IMG/VR virus record: IMGVR_UViG_3300020045_003277
Coordinates: 1 to 24,007 of that record
Origin: a virus
Lineage: Duplodnaviria; Caudoviricetes
Length of the DNA: 24,007 bases
Direction: 5' to 3' (one strand)
Shown: positions 22,023-24,007 of the stretch, one piece after another
Position numbering within the stretch: position 1 is the first letter of the stretch
How the letters are laid out: each line of letters begins with the position of its first letter
Notes under the pieces: generated by a model
What the model saw: only the letters and a program-made list of their open reading frames with translations
Told to the model about the DNA's origin: nothing
The model's database searches: none
Program-made: the position numbers and the translations under genes

Positions 22023-24007
22023 TTAATGCGCAACCCAATTTGTACCGTTGTAAAATACGGGTGTCACAACTGCCCCACCGCCTACGACGGTAACCATATA
22101 GCTAGGAGCTAAAGCATCTGATACGGTTGCGTAAGCCGTACCTGTTGGGGTTGGTAGCGTGGCTACTGTATATAAGTTAGTTTTTAAATAGGAAGCTATC
22201 GTACTTCCGTTAACTTGAAGTTTATCTACCCCGTTATCTGTCGTAGTATTGATTAAAACATTTCCTCCCGAAGCTATACGCATTTTTTCAGTAAAAAAAG
22301 TACTAGCGTCTGTCTCTCCAAAAGTAATAACTGAGCTAACGCCAAAAGAAGCGACAGACGCTAGTCCTGATCCTCGAATGCCGTTTAAAACCGCTCCTGT
22401 AGTGTTACCGACTGTAATATAGGTGTCTGCCGAAGTTGATTGATTTATATGTAGTTTTGAAATTGGCGTATTAGTTCCTATTCCTGTCCATATCCCATTA
22501 TCAAAAATCATACTATTCCCAATAACTCCCGCACTCGTAAACTTAGGTAAATATCCTGTTGTACCTGTTCCAGAAATCGGATTAGCTAAAGTAGTCCCGT
22601 TAGCTAATAAGGCGTTGGTTGCTGGGGCTGTTGAGTTTATGAAAGAGCCGTTTGTAGTAACCGCACCACGTAGGATTGTGTTTGTTATATTTAAATCTCC
22701 TAAAGTAGCAGTGTTAGAGCCTGCCCCAACCGCCCCGACTCCTATAACTATTTGGTTAGTTTGGTTATCACCCAATGCTCTTGAGTTTCCTCCTAAAAAT
22801 ATTGAGTTACCCGCGTTTGTTAATGGTGAATTTACATTAAAGAATTTTCCTGCCCCACCACCAATTGCCGTTGTATTGCTTGAATTAATGGCGCTTTCTA
22901 ACGCCGATGCTCCAATAGCCGTATTACTGCTTCCTATAGTGTTAGAGGATAAAGAATTGTATCCGAATGCTGTATTCCCAACCCCTCCATTATTTAGTCT
23001 TAAGGCGAGCTCCCCAAAACTTGTGCTACTTGCGTTATTCCCTTTTCCATTATTCCATACCGTTAAATCAGTAGAGTTACTCTCTAATTGAGGGATAGAG
23101 GGTTGTGCATTAGCTAATACGAAAGCCGTTGTTGCAATCTGAGTCGTATTCGTTCCTGCTGTTGCTGTTGGTACTAATGGCACACCCGTAAATGTAGGCG
23201 AAACTAAATCTGCTTTTAAAGTTAATCCCGTATTAACGGCTGTAACCGTTGGGTATCTTAAATTTGTTCCATCAGGAAATAAGCTATTTTGTTTGTTAGC
23301 TACATTCTCTGGAGTATACCCCAAAGCAGTAATAATATTCGCCAAAGTTAAAGCAACTCCTCCAGAAGCAACCCCTCCAAACTTTTGAGCTTCTAATATT
23401 TTTACATCTGCTACATTTTGTAAAGAAGTAGTTGTATTACGCATTATAATGTATGAGCGAATAATACCGTTTTCTTTTGAGTTAGGCTCAATTACAAATG
23501 ACCTAGTAAGCACGGCATTAACGGCAGTCTGTAAATCATCATAAACGTTTTGTCCGTATAATATACGGGTCAATCCTGTTTGAAACATTACAACAGTTTG
23601 AATAGTAAATTTGTTATTAGGAACTGCCGTTAATACGTTGTTTAAATCATATAAAGCAGGATCTAAATTTATTCTATCAGTTCCCTCAGTTCCGTTTTGT
23701 GTTCTATATCTAAAAGACAGAGCCGTTTCGCCTATTTGCGATAATCTATGCGGGTCTTTCCAATTATTAATAAAGTTAACCCCTCTTTTTCCTATAATTC
23801 CAGCGGATTTATTTAACTGCAAGTTTGCTCCGTTTGCTGAATAAACATTACCCGATAAATTTAACGCCCCGATAAAGTCAAATAAATCATGCAATTGATT
23901 TGTGCTAGCATTAGTAGGAGAAGAAAGATTATTTACAACATTTATAGTAGTCAAATTAGAGTGTATAACTGCCCCTAATTCGATTAAATCCCTCCTTTGA
24001 ATCGCTG
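22023..24007 (-). CDS. tail fibre / receptor-binding protein, 5'-truncated
   Basis: Frame stays open past 23954 to the window edge (AIQRRDLIELGAVIHSNL); PTFTGVP..PTATAGTNTTQIATTAFV fibre repeat; NTAxG beta-helix repeats; GIGTNTP/GNVLINTTTD motifs. Confidence 0.8.
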   Translation of the reverse strand, partial: AIQRRDLIELGAVIHSNLTTINVVNNLSSPTNASTNQLHDLFDFIGALNLSGNVYSANGANLQLNKSAGIIGKRGVNFINNWKDPHRLSQIGETALSFRYRTQNGTEGTDRINLDPALYDLNNVLTAVPNNKFTIQTVVMFQTGLTRILYGQNVYDDLQTAVNAVLTRSFVIEPNSKENGIIRSYIIMRNTTTSLQNVADVKILEAQKFGGVASGGVALTLANIITALGYTPENVANKQNSLFPDGTNLRYPTVTAVNTGLTLKADLVSPTFTGVPLVPTATAGTNTTQIATTAFVLANAQPSIPQLESNSTDLTVWNNGKGNNASSTSFGELALRLNNGGVGNTAFGYNSLSSNTIGSSNTAIGASALESAINSSNTTAIGGGAGKFFNVNSPLTNAGNSIFLGGNSRALGDNQTNQIVIGVGAVGAGSNTATLGDLNITNTILRGAVTTNGSFINSTAPATNALLANGTTLANPISGTGTTGYLPKFTSAGVIGNSMIFDNGIWTGIGTNTPISKLHINQSTSADTYITVGNTTGAVLNGIRGSGLASVASFGVSSVITFGETDASTFFTEKMRIASGGNVLINTTTDNGVDKLQVNGSTIASYLKTNLYTVATLPTPTGTAYATVSDALAPSYMVTVVGGGAVVTPVFYNGTNWVAH

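Noticed and set aside
3080-23844. All plus-strand ORFs in the track (e.g. 3080, 4715, 6088, 7154, 7317, 10231, 13515, 15007, 17177, 18105, 20133, 22615, 23611)
   Set aside because: Antisense shadows of minus-strand genes, with no recognisable motifs and mostly non-ATG starts.
22023-24007. Diversity-generating retroelement or invertible tail-fibre system
   Set aside because: No reverse transcriptase, invertase, or template/variable repeat pair visible in the window.
1-24007. Alternative genetic code or lysogeny module
   Set aside because: Genes tile densely under the standard code; no integrase or CI-like repressor with a peptidase domain recognised, though these could lie outside the window.

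Overview
AT-rich segment of a tailed dsDNA phage, probably infecting Flavobacteriia/Bacteroidota: TTTG-N19-TAnnTTTG promoters recur and starts are A-rich without Shine-Dalgarno sequences. All credible genes are on the minus strand. In transcription order: tail fibre (truncated at the window end), lysis module (holin-like proteins, M15A peptidase endolysin, u-spanin-like lipoprotein), early/recombination/replication genes (YopX, Sak4-like ATPase, DUF3127 SSB-like, MazG-like, replication initiator with iterons, AAA helicase-like, nuclease, DNA methyltransferase), then terS, terL, portal and the start of a head gene. No integrase or clear repressor is visible. Main finding: an integron-like gene-cassette array at about 16650-17970, with three 121-126 bp attC-like hairpin sites and cassettes bounded by perfectly complementary GTTA/TAAC cores. 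Other findings: two GIY-YIG endonuclease insertions that appear to have replaced the terL C-terminus and another gene's N-terminus, an I-TevI-like hairpin-plus-promoter switch, an in-frame NUMOD4-HNH insertion, a D-armless tRNA-like element with a G3:U70 pair in front of terS, and two pseudoknot-like 5' leaders. All calls were made by eye; no searches or folding programs were run.
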